Origin: an uncultured delta proteobacterium
GTDB lineage: Bacteria > Myxococcota > Kuafuiibacteriia > Kuafuiibacteriales > Kuafuiibacteriaceae
NCBI GenBank assembly: GCA_963803435.1
Contig: CAWDML010000005.1
Location: 128,001-192,000, forward strand
Direction of reading: 5' to 3'
Length of the DNA stretch: 64,000 bases
Position 1 is the first letter of the stretch. Each line of letters begins with the position of its first letter. Positions 10,489 through 20,566 of the stretch are shown here, piece after piece. Below the pieces are notes generated by a model. It searched no databases and was not told where the DNA came from. It worked only from the letters and a program-made list of their open reading frames with translations. A program made the translations under genes and the position numbers.

Positions 10489-11563
10489 ATGCAGGGCATG
10501 GAGCTGAGGCGGGCTCCCCGAGTCAGCTGTGACCTTTGGGTCGCGATCTCGGGAGTCGACGCCGCACCGGTGCGGCGGCGCGGCGACATCAGCCTGACCG
10601 GCCTCTTCATCGAGGTCGATCGACCAGTGGGCGTGGCGGGTTCCCTCCAGTGGCTCAAGCTGTGGTCCCCCGACCAGCGGTTCTCGGCCGAGGTGATGGG
10701 CCGGATCATCCGCTCGATCACGCTCGACGACGTGATGGATATCGAGCCGCGCCTCGGGGTCGCGTTCGATTTCATGCCGGACAGCGCCGCCCGCTTCACC
10801 GCGCTCCAGAACCTGGTCGGAGCGATCCTCCACCAGCAAGCCTCGCTCTCGACCGAGGAGGTCGAGTCGCGCGACCTGCCCCGGGCCGCCGTGTTTCTAC
10901 CCAAGATCTCGCGGATGCGCGTGGAGGCCAACTGGCCGGTCCGCATCGGCGAGATCGTGCAGGTGGTCTTTCGCTCTCCCGGGACGCACACCCGGATCCC
11001 GTTCGAAGGGCAGGTGGTCGCCGTCGAGCGGACGGCAGTTCCGGCCGGGCCTCCCAGCTATCACGTCGACGTCTCGCTCAGCCCCGCCGGCCAGCGCAGC
11101 GAGGCCGAGGCTTCGGGCGCGCAGACCTCGATCAGCGACTCGGTGGATTCTGATCTTCAACGTGCTCCTCGACAGCGGTGATCCCGAGGAGCCGCCCCGC
11201 CCCTCGAGGAAGGAGCACCTCGTCGGGTTGCTCTCCCGCATCGGCATCGCGAGCCTGTTCTCGCTGTTCGATCTGGAGCGGGTGTCGGGCGAGATGCGTC
11301 TGGCCCTGGGGGATCGGCGCATCCGGGTCTACGTGAGGGACGGCCGGGTGATCGACGCCGTCCGCGCGGGCTCGAACGGCACCGCGCGCGAGGCGCTCCG
11401 AGGCGTGATCGAGGCGAAGGACGGCACGTTCGACTTCACGCCGATGGACATCGACCGTCCCGATCGCATCGGCCTCAGCACCACCGGGCTCCTGCTCGAG
11501 CTGGCGCGCGAGCACGACGAGGGCTCCGACGATAGCCTCGACGTTGTGTTCGATCAGACCTGA
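10489..11563 (+). CDS. PilZ + DUF4388 domain protein (frameshift near 11150)
   Basis: PilZ RRAPR..DISLTGLFI; C-terminal GLLSRIGIASLFSLF..RVSGEM..DGRVIDA..GTFDF..TTGLLLE in the next frame. Confidence 0.75.
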
Positions 11564-12108
11564 CGGATCGCCGCATAGACGCAGGCATCGGCGCGGCCGC
11601 CGGAGCGATCCTGGAGCTCGGCGCGCGCAATGCCTTCGAGCATGAGACCGCACTTCTCGGCGACGCGCCGGCTCGGTACGTTCGACGGGTCGCACCGCCA
11701 GATGAGGCGATGGAAGGGCCACTCCGTGAAGCCCCAGTCCAGCATCGCCCGGAGGACGGCGGCGCCCAGGCCACGTCCCGCGTGGCTCTTCCGGATCCAC
11801 ATCCCGATGTCCGCGACCCCGGCGGCCGCGGTGGCGCCGCGCAGGTGGAAGCCGGTGCCACCGAGGATCATGCCGCCGTGGGCGATGGCCAGCGAGAAGT
11901 CGGACTCGAGCAGGTAGTAGCCGCCCATGGCGCGCGCGTCGCGCTCGGAAGCGGCCAGGTCGACGTGCTGATCCACCCATCCCATGTATGCACGAAGAAA
12001 GTCGCGCGAGCTGTCGACGGCGTCGAAGAGGGCCTTGCCGTCGCCGATCTGGAAGGGACGGAGCGTGAACGAGGGTGTGCGCAGCTCGGTAGGCGGGAGA
12101 GAGCTCAC
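11554..12108 (-). CDS. GNAT N-acetyltransferase (RimJ/RimL type)
   Basis: IGMWIRKSHAGRGLG, CDPSNVPSRRVAEKCG..EG. Confidence 0.9.
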   Translation of the reverse strand: MSSLPPTELRTPSFTLRPFQIGDGKALFDAVDSSRDFLRAYMGWVDQHVDLAASERDARAMGGYYLLESDFSLAIAHGGMILGGTGFHLRGATAAAGVADIGMWIRKSHAGRGLGAAVLRAMLDWGFTEWPFHRLIWRCDPSNVPSRRVAEKCGLMLEGIARAELQDRSGGRADACVYAAIRQV

Positions 12109-12238
12109 CAGGCTCCTCTATCACCAACGCCGCCGTCGATCAGCGCCGAGCGCATGCCACAGGTCGAGACCGGCTCGCCGGGGATCACCGGCAAAAAGTC
12201 GCTCGACTTGCGGGGCCGCGCTCCGGAGATTGACCTGA

Positions 12239-13975
12239 GTGGCGCGGCCTGAGCGATCGGACCTGAGACGGCTCCTCACCCTGGCCCGGCCCGAGCTGCG
12301 CCGGCTGGTGCTGGCGACGATCGCCCTGGGCATCAGCTCGGGCACCACCCTCGTCTATCCCCAGGCCGTCCGCTACATGGTCGACGCGGTGGTCGGCGGC
12401 ACCTCGCCGATCTCCCTCGACACCGGCGCGATCCTCCTGGTGATCGTCTTCGCGATCCAGGCCGTCTTCACGATGCTGCGCTCGTGGCTGTTCACGATCG
12501 CCGGCGAGCGGATCGTGACCCGGCTCCGCGCCGACCTGTTCCGGGCGATCCTCGATCAGGACACGGCCTTCTTCGACGCCGCACGCACCGGCGAGCTCAC
12601 CAACCGCCTCGCCTCCGACACCACCGTGCTGCAGAACAGCGTCACGGTGAACGTCTCGATGGGGCTTCGCTACCTGGTCGGCTCCGTCGGCGGGCTGGCG
12701 CTGCTCATGTACATGAGCCCGATCCTCACCGGTCTCGCCATGGGCATCGTCCCCGTGATTGCGATCGGTGGCACGCTCTACGGCCGCACCATTCGCAAGC
12801 TCTCCCGCCAGGTGCAGGACGCGCTGGCACGCTCGACGGAGGTGGCGGAGGAGTCGATCGCCGGCATCCGCACCGTGCGCTCGTTCGCGCGGGAGGAGCA
12901 CGAGGTCGAGCGCTATGCCGCCGCGGTCGAGGACTCGTACCAGCTGGCGGCCAAGCGCGCGCTGGCGGGCGGAGCCTTCGGGGGGCTCGGCGGGTTCGCG
13001 GGCTACAGCGCGATCGCGCTGGTGGTCTGGTACGGCGGCCGGCTGGTCGCGGCCGGAGCCATGACGATCGGCGATCTGACCGCCTTCCTCCTCTACACCG
13101 GGCTGGTGGCGGTCTCCCTGGGCGCGCTGGCCGGGCTCTACGGCGACTTCATGCGGGCGATCGGCGCTTCGCAGCGCGTGTTCGAGCTCCTCGATCAGAA
13201 GGCGCCGCTCGAGATGAGCGGCGGGAGTCCCGCAGGCGAGCTCGCCGGCGCCCTTCGGTTCGAGGGGGTGCGCTTCGCCTACCCGTCGCGGCCCGACGTG
13301 GAGGTCCTCGCTGACTTCGAGCTGGAGGTGAACCCGGGCGAGGTGGTGGCGCTGGTGGGCCCGTCGGGCGCCGGCAAGTCGACCGTGGCAGCGCTGATCG
13401 CTCGCTTCTATGATCCGACGGCCGGGCGGATCACGATCGACGGCCGCCTGCTCACCGGGATCGACCCGCGCTCCCTCCGCGAGCGCATCGGCGCCGTGAT
13501 GCAGGAGCCGGTGCTCTTCGCCACCTCGATCGCGGACAACATCCGCTACGGCCGCTCCGATGCCGGCGACGACGAGATCGTCGCCGCCGCCGAGGCCGCC
13601 AACGCCGCCGAGTTCATCCGCATCTTCCCCGAGGGCTACGCCACGATGGTCGGTGAGCGCGGCGTGCGGCTCTCGGGCGGCCAGAAGCAGCGCATCGCCA
13701 TCGCGCGCGCGGTGCTCAAGGATCCGCGGATCCTGATCCTCGACGAGGCGACCAGCGCGCTCGACGCCGAGAGCGAGCATCTGGTGAAGGAGGCGCTCGA
13801 GCGATTGATGCAGCGGCGCACGACGATCGTGATCGCCCATCGGCTGTCGACGGTGATGAATGCCGATCGCGTGCTGGTGCTCGATCACGGGAGGCTGGTC
13901 GAGCAGGGCCGCCATCGCGATCTGATGGCGGCCGACGGTCTGTACAAACGGTTGGTGGAACGCCAGTTCGGTTAG
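12239..13975 (+). CDS. ABC exporter, fused permease/ATPase (ABCB10/MsbA-like)
   Basis: TM domain; Walker A GPSGAGKST, signature LSGGQKQR, ILDEATSALD. Confidence 0.95.
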   Translation: MARPERSDLRRLLTLARPELRRLVLATIALGISSGTTLVYPQAVRYMVDAVVGGTSPISLDTGAILLVIVFAIQAVFTMLRSWLFTIAGERIVTRLRADLFRAILDQDTAFFDAARTGELTNRLASDTTVLQNSVTVNVSMGLRYLVGSVGGLALLMYMSPILTGLAMGIVPVIAIGGTLYGRTIRKLSRQVQDALARSTEVAEESIAGIRTVRSFAREEHEVERYAAAVEDSYQLAAKRALAGGAFGGLGGFAGYSAIALVVWYGGRLVAAGAMTIGDLTAFLLYTGLVAVSLGALAGLYGDFMRAIGASQRVFELLDQKAPLEMSGGSPAGELAGALRFEGVRFAYPSRPDVEVLADFELEVNPGEVVALVGPSGAGKSTVAALIARFYDPTAGRITIDGRLLTGIDPRSLRERIGAVMQEPVLFATSIADNIRYGRSDAGDDEIVAAAEAANAAEFIRIFPEGYATMVGERGVRLSGGQKQRIAIARAVLKDPRILILDEATSALDAESEHLVKEALERLMQRRTTIVIAHRLSTVMNADRVLVLDHGRLVEQGRHRDLMAADGLYKRLVERQFG

Positions 13976-14189
13976 CGAGGCTGCGCCTCAAAACGCTCGA
14001 GTTCATTCGAATTCCGTGCTGGCGCAGCCCCCGTCGACAGCTATCGGCTGACCGCCCAGGGACGCAAGATCGCGCTCTTCATGACCAATGCGGCCTGGTC
14101 TTGCTGTCGGCTCGCACCTGAAAGCTGCGAGCACCAGCGGTCGCCCGAAGCACCAAGAGTCGTCCACTCTGTCACGCTTCTCTCGGGCA

Positions 14190-15412
14190 AGTTCCCGGTG
14201 GCCGACCCTGTCTCTTGAGGGGGAAGGCAACATCGCGGTCGCCGCCACGCGAGGCGGCCGGGGCGCCGGCGGGGTCAAAGACCCGGTGCACGCACGCAGG
14301 CACTTCACACGGAAGCCGGGAGATCCCGCCGCTGACCGCGAACGATGGAGCGCGGTCCGCAAATCGAACCCGAGAGGGGCAATGAGGCGATGAACGGCGG
14401 CGGGAAGTCGGACGACTCCGTACTACCTGGGAAGCTCGCGAACAAAGGCGATGATGCGTCACCGCTGGCGGAGCGAGTGGAGGGAAGGGAGTCGGCCAAG
14501 GGGAACTCGGACGGGCAAAACAGGGACCGCGCGCAGAAGCGGGCTGCCCTGCAAAGCAAGCTCGACCGGGTACGGCAGAAAGCGAAAAGGAAAAGGAGAC
14601 ACGGTTCACGACGCTCTGGCACCATGTCTATGACGTCGACCGCCTCCGCGAGGCTTCCTTCGGTCTCGAGCGCCGGAGCGCAGCGGGTGTGGACGGCGAG
14701 ACGTGGCAGCAGTACGGGCAGAATCATCTCGCACGAGTGGTTGGAGAAGTTCATCTCGCACCGGATTGCGGACAAGCGCGTCCTCCGCCACGTGAAGAAG
14801 TGGCTGAAGGCGGGCGTACTCGAAGAAGGAGAGTGGAAGGAGACCACGAAGGGCAGTCCTCAAGGAGGGAGCGTGAGCCCCCTGCTTGCGAACGTCTACC
14901 TGCACTACGTGTTCGATCTCTGGGCCGACCTATGGCGAAGTCAGCGGGCGAAAGGTGACGTGATCATCGTCCGCTTTGCTGACGACGTCATCGTCGGCTT
15001 CGAGCATCGAGAAGACGCCGAGCGTCTCCAGGAAGAGCTGGCGGAGCGACTGCGCAAGTTCGACCTGGAGCTCCACCCCGACAAGACCCGGCTGATCCGG
15101 TTTGGGCGCTCCGCCCACCGGGAGCACCGGGCCGGAGGCGGAAACAAGCCTGGAACCTCCGAGTTCCTGGGCTTCGTGCACATCTGCGGCACCACTCGAA
15201 AGGGTGGCCTCACGGTGAAGCGGCGCTCGTCGGCCAAGCGCATGCAGAGGACGCTCCTCCGGATCAAGGAAGAGCTCCTGCGGCCCTGGCACCTTCCAAT
15301 CCGAGACCAGGGCGTCTGGCTCGGGCAAGTGGTCCGAGGCTGGTTCGGCTATCACGGCGTGCCGTTCAACATCGACGCGCTGAGCCGATTCCGGCACGAG
15401 GTAGTGCGCCGG
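14190..15412 (+). mobile_element. Decayed group II intron (5' ribozyme domains plus deleted RT; no domain V/VI found)
   Basis: Intron-like RNA motifs (GCCGACCCTGTC..GGGGAAGGCAAC, GGAAGCCGGGAGATCC, GGGAAGTCGGAC..GTACTACCTGGGAAG..GAACAAA..GCGGAG..GTGGAGGGAAGGG) upstream of the RT; 5' boundary approximate. Confidence 0.8.
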
Positions 15413-15430
15413 AGAGTTCAATCCACCTGA
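14549..15430 (+). pseudogene. ltrA: Group II intron reverse transcriptase/maturase, internally deleted and 3'-truncated
   Basis: RT0 RFTTLWHHVYDVDRLR..AAGVDGETWQQY joined out of frame to GSPQGGSVSPLLANVYLHY, RFADD, LHPDKT, FLGF; RT1-RT3 missing. Confidence 0.88.
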
Positions 15431-15688
15431 GAAGGCTCGCTTCTACCGGATGGCACTTCGCTCTGGCACCGAAAGCGCCGCCTCACTCCACACCTGCTTG
15501 AGGCGCCGACTCACCAACGAGCAGAAGGTCCAAGCCGCCAGAGCCAAGCTCAAGCGCGTTGTCGAGATGCTCACGCGCCTCATCAAGTCGATGAACGCAC
15601 GCCGGGCTGCATGATCGCCATCGGGACCGGGACCGGGACCGGGACCCGGACCGGGCTCGCGGTAGCGCTACGCGCTACACGCTCCTAG
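15406..15688 (+). mobile_element. Right-end fragment (copy A) of the IS1182-like/four-helix-bundle element
   Basis: Near-identical to 40402-40684: 3' half of the four-helix-bundle gene (stop 15612-15614), then TIR with (GGGACC)n ending in CTAG 15685-15688. Confidence 0.9.
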
Positions 15689-16101
15689 CTCGCCTCCTCC
15701 GCGATCAGCGCGGCGGTCGCCGTGGTGGCGAGCTCCTGCGCGCCGCGGCCGGTGCGGCGGAACGCGGTGACCAGGCTCAGCGCCGCCTTCTCACCGGAGT
15801 CGAGCGCCTTGTTGGTCACCCGATCGATTCGATCGTTGACCTTGCGGCTGATCCGGAAGACGCCCTGATTCACGCCGTCGACGAAGTCGAGGGTGGCGGC
15901 TGCCCGGTCGGCGACCTCGGAGCGGACCTCCTGGAGGAGGCCGAAGGAGCTCTTCACGGTCTCCTCGGCCATGCCCAGGCCGAGGTCCATCCAGACGGTG
16001 ACGAGGCCGGCCCGGGGGCGATCGACGTCGACGATCGGGGCCTTGGCGTCGCCGTTGGTCCGGGTCGGGGTGGAGGGGGTGGAAGCGGTGTCTCTTGCCA
16101 T
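15685..16101 (-). CDS. Hypothetical helical protein, possibly phasin-like
   Basis: 138 aa amphipathic helical, Ala-rich; ATG at 16101; its stop lies in the CTAG at the element end. Confidence 0.6.
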   Translation of the reverse strand: MARDTASTPSTPTRTNGDAKAPIVDVDRPRAGLVTVWMDLGLGMAEETVKSSFGLLQEVRSEVADRAAATLDFVDGVNQGVFRISRKVNDRIDRVTNKALDSGEKAALSLVTAFRRTGRGAQELATTATAALIAEEAS

Positions 16102-16235
16102 GACGCGGCACGCTATCACAGTGGTAACGCGGTGCATCAAGAAACAGTTGGGTGACGCTTGAGCCACGAGATCACTCGGCTTTCGCGATCTCCGGATTGA
16201 CCCGTCCTGCAGCAGGGAGGGAATCTGGCCTCGGC

Positions 16236-17351
16236 GTGAACCTGATCGCCCTCGCCATCCCAGGGTTCTTTCTCCTCATCGGTCTCGAGCTCCTCCTGGC
16301 CCGTCGCCGGGGGCTGGCCTGCTACCGGTTCAACGACTCCATCGCCGACCTCTCGTGCGGGATCGTCAACCAGGTCCTGGTCGTCCTGATCGCGCTGGTG
16401 AGCATCGCCGTCTACGCCTGGGTCCAGCGGACCGCCGGGCTCTTCACGATCGACGAAGGCTCGACCGGGATGTGGATCGTCTGCTTCGTCGGCGTCGACT
16501 TCGCCTACTACTGGTTCCATCGCTTCAGCCACCAGATCAACTTCATGTGGGCCGCGCACGTCGTCCACCACCAGAGCGAGGAATACAACCTCACGGTGGC
16601 GCTCCGTCAATCTGCCTTGCAGCCCATGTTCTCGTGGCCGTTCTATCTCCCGCTGGCGGTGCTCGGCTTCCCGCTGAAGATGTACCTGACGCTGTCCGCG
16701 CTCAACACGCTCTACCAGTTCTGGATCCACACGCGCTTGATCGGACGGATCGGCCCGCTCGAGCATGTGCTCAACACGCCGTCGCACCACCGCGTGCACC
16801 ACGGACAGAACCCGAAGTACATCGATCGTAACCACGCCGGCACGCTGATCGTCTGGGACAAGCTCTTCGGCACCTTCCAGGCCGAGGAGGAGGAAGTCGT
16901 CTACGGCGTGACCGAGCCGCTGCAGAGCTTCGATCCGCTGTTCGCCAACGTGCACTCGTGGTTGATCACGCTACGCAAGGCCCGTGCGTTCGATCGCTTC
17001 GCCGACAAGGTGAAGATCTGGTTCATGCGACCGGGCTGGATGCCGCCCGAGCACACGGTCGACAAGATCTGGTCGCCGGCGCCGAAGTACGACCCGCGAC
17101 TCACGCGGGGCGTCGCCTACTACGTGCTGGCGCAGTTCTCGCTGTCGGTGGTGGCGACGGTCGCCTACCTCTTCTACGCCCACGCCGCCCCGTTCGCGGT
17201 CAGCGCTGCGCTGGCGATCGCGATCGTGCTGACGCTGGTGACCCTGGGCGGGCTCCTCGAGCAGAAGGGCTGGGCCCGATCGCTGGAGATGGTGCGGATC
17301 CCAGCGGTTCTCGCCGCCGGCGCGGCGCTGGCGGTCACCTACCTGGCCTGA
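16236..17351 (+). CDS. Sterol desaturase / alkylglycerol monooxygenase family
   Basis: His boxes YYWFHRFSH, HVVHHQSEEYNL, QFWIHT, PSHHRVHHG..YIDRNHAG..WDKLFGTF. Confidence 0.92.
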   Translation: MNLIALAIPGFFLLIGLELLLARRRGLACYRFNDSIADLSCGIVNQVLVVLIALVSIAVYAWVQRTAGLFTIDEGSTGMWIVCFVGVDFAYYWFHRFSHQINFMWAAHVVHHQSEEYNLTVALRQSALQPMFSWPFYLPLAVLGFPLKMYLTLSALNTLYQFWIHTRLIGRIGPLEHVLNTPSHHRVHHGQNPKYIDRNHAGTLIVWDKLFGTFQAEEEEVVYGVTEPLQSFDPLFANVHSWLITLRKARAFDRFADKVKIWFMRPGWMPPEHTVDKIWSPAPKYDPRLTRGVAYYVLAQFSLSVVATVAYLFYAHAAPFAVSAALAIAIVLTLVTLGGLLEQKGWARSLEMVRIPAVLAAGAALAVTYLA

Positions 17352-18025
17352 TCGACGACGCGCGATGGGTTGGTGTCGCGGAACTCGGGGGCGGCCACCG
17401 GTCCGCAGGGCTCGCGGATCTTCTCGAACAGCATCCGGTAGACCGGCTCGCCCTCGTGCTCGTGGCGCCGCTCCCATTCCGTCCGCTCGAGAAAGAGCTT
17501 GTCGGCGGCGAGGCTGGGATCGGTGCGGGCCTCGAAGGCGCCGTCTTCGGCCATGAACCCGAACATCTCCTCGGCCAGCGGCCGCACGTCGCTCTGGAGG
17601 TGGACCGTCCCACCGATCGGGAGCAGCTCGGCCATCGCCCGGACGCTGGCCGGCTGACAAATCCGACGCTTCTGGTGACGCTTCTTGAAGCACGGATCGG
17701 GGAACTGCACGTGAAAGACGCGGACCACGCCGGGCGCGGCGAGACGCATGTTGTCGAGCGAGTTCGCGTAGAACACGGCCACGTTCGACAGGCCCTCCCG
17801 TTCGATGCGCGCGATCGCCGCCTCGACGACCGGCCGCCGGACCTCCAGGCCGATGAAGTCGAGCTCGGGGTGGTTCCGCGCGCGCTCGAAGAGGAAGGCT
17901 GCGCCCCCGCATCCGAGGTCGACCTCGAGCGGCGCCTCCCGGCCGAAGACGGCGGCCCGATCGATGATCCCCAGCAGGGTGCGGACGTTGAACGGGTTGG
18001 CGTGCTTGCGGATCCGGCGCGACAT
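17339..18025 (-). CDS. trmB: tRNA (guanine-N7)-methyltransferase
   Basis: RIRKHANP, EVDLGCGGA, GLEVR, QFPDPCFKKRHQKRR, TEWE. Confidence 0.93.
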   Translation of the reverse strand: MSRRIRKHANPFNVRTLLGIIDRAAVFGREAPLEVDLGCGGAAFLFERARNHPELDFIGLEVRRPVVEAAIARIEREGLSNVAVFYANSLDNMRLAAPGVVRVFHVQFPDPCFKKRHQKRRICQPASVRAMAELLPIGGTVHLQSDVRPLAEEMFGFMAEDGAFEARTDPSLAADKLFLERTEWERRHEHEGEPVYRMLFEKIREPCGPVAAPEFRDTNPSRVVDQAR

Positions 18026-18026
18026 C

Positions 18027-19022
18027 TCATCCGTCTCCGGGCGGGGAGAAGGCCATCGTGTCCTGGACCTGCTCGAGCGCGAGGCAGCGCATGAGGAGGC
18101 GGTCGACGCCGACCGCGATCCCGGCGGCCTCTCCGATGGCCGGCAGATCTTCGAGGAGCCCCTCGTCGATGGGGTAGAGCGGCATCCCCGCGGACCGGCG
18201 CGTCTCGAGATCGGTGTGAAAGCGCCGGCGTTGCTCCTCTGGATCCGTCAGCTCGCCGAACGCGTTCCCCAGCTCGAGGGTCCCGGCGTACACCTCGAAC
18301 CGTTCCGCGCGGCGCGGGTCATCGGGATCGAGCCGCGCCAGCGCCGCCATCGACGCGGGATAGCCGTGCAGGATCGTGAGCGTGTCCGGCGCGAAGCTCG
18401 GCTCGACCCGCTCGAGGAACGCGCGGAAGAAGACGTCTTCCCACGAGTCCCCCTCCACGGTGCGGACCGGGAGCGCGCGGCGAAGCTCCGGGAGCGAGGG
18501 ATGCTCGAGCGGATCGGCGAGGCCCGCCCGCAAGAAGGCCTGCGAGACCGAGACGCGCTCGGTCGCGCGCGGCCGCCAGGGACCACCGACCGCCTCGGCG
18601 ATCGACGCGATCAGGGCCTCGGTGTCGTCCATGATCGCGGTGAGGGTCCCCGGGCGGCGATACCACTCGAGCAGGGTGAACTCGCCCGCATGCGTGCGCG
18701 ATCGCTCGCCGTTTCTGAACACGCGCGCGAGCTGATAGATCGAGCCCAGACCGCGGCCGAGCATCCGCTTCATCGCGTACTCGGGCGACGTGTGGAGATA
18801 CAGCTTCTCGGCCGCTCCGCCGGGGTGGCGTTGCTCGGTCTCGAACGCGACGAGATGGGGCTCGAGCCCCGGCGATGGCACGGCGATCGGGGTCTCGACC
18901 TCGAGGAGCCCGCGTTGATCGAAGAAGGCGCGGATCGCGTCGTTCATCCGCTTGCGCGCCTCGAGGATCCACCGCGGTGGGATCCGGCTCCGATCGACGC
19001 CCACGCGCGCACCGAGCCGCAT
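18027..19022 (-). CDS. epmA: EF-P lysine aminoacylase (GenX/PoxA)
   Basis: LEVETP, YLHTSPEYAMKR, VFRNGE..HAGEFTLLEWY, ERFEVY..ELGNAFGELTDP, GVDRL; no anticodon-binding domain; start uncertain. Confidence 0.93.
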   Translation of the reverse strand: MRLGARVGVDRSRIPPRWILEARKRMNDAIRAFFDQRGLLEVETPIAVPSPGLEPHLVAFETEQRHPGGAAEKLYLHTSPEYAMKRMLGRGLGSIYQLARVFRNGERSRTHAGEFTLLEWYRRPGTLTAIMDDTEALIASIAEAVGGPWRPRATERVSVSQAFLRAGLADPLEHPSLPELRRALPVRTVEGDSWEDVFFRAFLERVEPSFAPDTLTILHGYPASMAALARLDPDDPRRAERFEVYAGTLELGNAFGELTDPEEQRRRFHTDLETRRSAGMPLYPIDEGLLEDLPAIGEAAGIAVGVDRLLMRCLALEQVQDTMAFSPPGDG

Positions 19023-19092
19023 CACCGCGCTCTGCGTCAAGCCGGATTACGCTTTTCCAAACCCGACGGATGTGGCAGTCGGACTGAACTCG

Positions 19093-20556
19093 ATGCGGCT
19101 TTCGCTGTCCTTATCGCTCCTCTCCGTCATGGCCTCCGGCACCGCGTACGCCGGCGGCTTCTACATCACGGACATCGGAGGGCGCGGCCTGGCGCGGGCA
19201 GGCGCGTTCGTCGCCAGCCCCGACGATCTGCTGGCGATCCACTACAACCCGGCGGGCCTGTCGCTCCTGAAGGGACTGCACGTCCAGGGCGACTTCCAGA
19301 TCGTCGACTACCACGCTGAGTTCGACCGGCACTGCCCGTGCAGCCCTGCAACCGCGGAGAACGCACAGGCGCAGGACGCCGCGCTGGAGCAGGCGTTTGC
19401 AGGCCATCCTGCAGAGTCAAAGACGCCGCTGTTCATCCCGTTCATCGGAATCGCGTACGGCCTCGACTTCCTCGACCTCACGATCGCGGTGGCGCTGTGG
19501 GGTCCCTCCAGCGGCCGCCACGACTACGGTGAGCTCCCGGACGCCGACAAGCCGTCCTTCCCGCAGCGCGCCGCCGAGCAGGTGAGCCGCTACAGCGCGC
19601 TGGAGGCGAAGAACCTGGAGGCCAACATCGCGCTCGGCATCTCCCTGTCGCCCTTCGAGGGCTTCCGGATCGGCGGCGACGCGATCATCTTTCAGAGCGG
19701 CGCCGACCAGACGCTCGATCTCTGGGCCAACCTCTCCAGCCTGGTCGGTGGACCGGAGGACCCGAACTTCGACGTCCCGATCGTCTTCAGCTTCAAGGAG
19801 GGTTTCGCGATCAACTGGGCGCTCGGCGTCAGCTACGATCTCCCCTTCCTCGACGGCCTCTCCATCGGCGCCTCTTTCCGCGGCAAGCGCGACATCCGGA
19901 CCAAGGGCACCATCGACGTCCAGCTCCCGACGTCGCTCGCAGCCGTCGCCTCGGTGACCGGCAACGAGGTCACCGTGGAGCTGAGCACCGCCCCGGTAGG
20001 GCGCGCCGGCATTCAGTACAAGCTGCCCCACGTGCTCACCGCCGAGGCCGCCTTCGTGTGGGAGGGCTGGTCGCGGCACGACACCATCGTGATCCGCCCC
20101 CAGAACATCCAGTTCAGCGTGGCGACGCAGCCCGATCCGATCGTGCTCGGCCAGATCGTGACGCCGCGCTACTGGCGCAACACCTGGTCGCTGCGGCTCG
20201 GCGGAGAGATCAACCTGCTCGAGCCGTACCTCGGCATCCGGGCCGGCTACTTCTACGAGCCCAGCGCGATCCCGCCGGAGCGCCTCGATCCCGCCCGCAT
20301 CGATCTGGACAAGCACGGCATCGGTCTCGGCGTCAGTACCACCTGGTACGGCTTCAAGCTCGAGGTGTCGGGCATGTTCATCGCGATGAAGGGCGTCGAC
20401 GTCTCGAACTCGCTCATCAAGCTCATCTCGCCCATCGAAGAGCTCGGCAACCCCGACTACGAGACGACGATCGGCAACGGCAAGTACAGCGGTCACTACT
20501 TCGTCCTGGGCGCAAGCCTCCAGTTCGCCCTGGATTCGCTGCTCGAGTCCAACTAA
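19093..20556 (+). CDS. FadL/TodX family outer membrane transport protein
   Basis: Signal peptide then GGF..GLARAGAFVA..AIHYNPAGL; beta-barrel; WRNTWSLRLGGE, RAGYFYEPSAIP. Confidence 0.88.
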   Translation: MRLSLSLSLLSVMASGTAYAGGFYITDIGGRGLARAGAFVASPDDLLAIHYNPAGLSLLKGLHVQGDFQIVDYHAEFDRHCPCSPATAENAQAQDAALEQAFAGHPAESKTPLFIPFIGIAYGLDFLDLTIAVALWGPSSGRHDYGELPDADKPSFPQRAAEQVSRYSALEAKNLEANIALGISLSPFEGFRIGGDAIIFQSGADQTLDLWANLSSLVGGPEDPNFDVPIVFSFKEGFAINWALGVSYDLPFLDGLSIGASFRGKRDIRTKGTIDVQLPTSLAAVASVTGNEVTVELSTAPVGRAGIQYKLPHVLTAEAAFVWEGWSRHDTIVIRPQNIQFSVATQPDPIVLGQIVTPRYWRNTWSLRLGGEINLLEPYLGIRAGYFYEPSAIPPERLDPARIDLDKHGIGLGVSTTWYGFKLEVSGMFIAMKGVDVSNSLIKLISPIEELGNPDYETTIGNGKYSGHYFVLGASLQFALDSLLESN

Positions 20557-20566
20557 CGATCCGACG

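Noticed and set aside
14345-15688. Diversity-generating retroelement (RT + Avd-like gene)
   Set aside because: The RT has group II intron RT0 and maturase features with upstream ribozyme motifs, both genes are broken, and I saw no TR/VR pair with adenine-specific mismatches; repeat copies differ at mixed bases
15620-15688. CRISPR array or REP cluster from the GGGACC repeats
   Set aside because: Only short tandem hexamers inside element TIRs; no unique spacers and no cas genes
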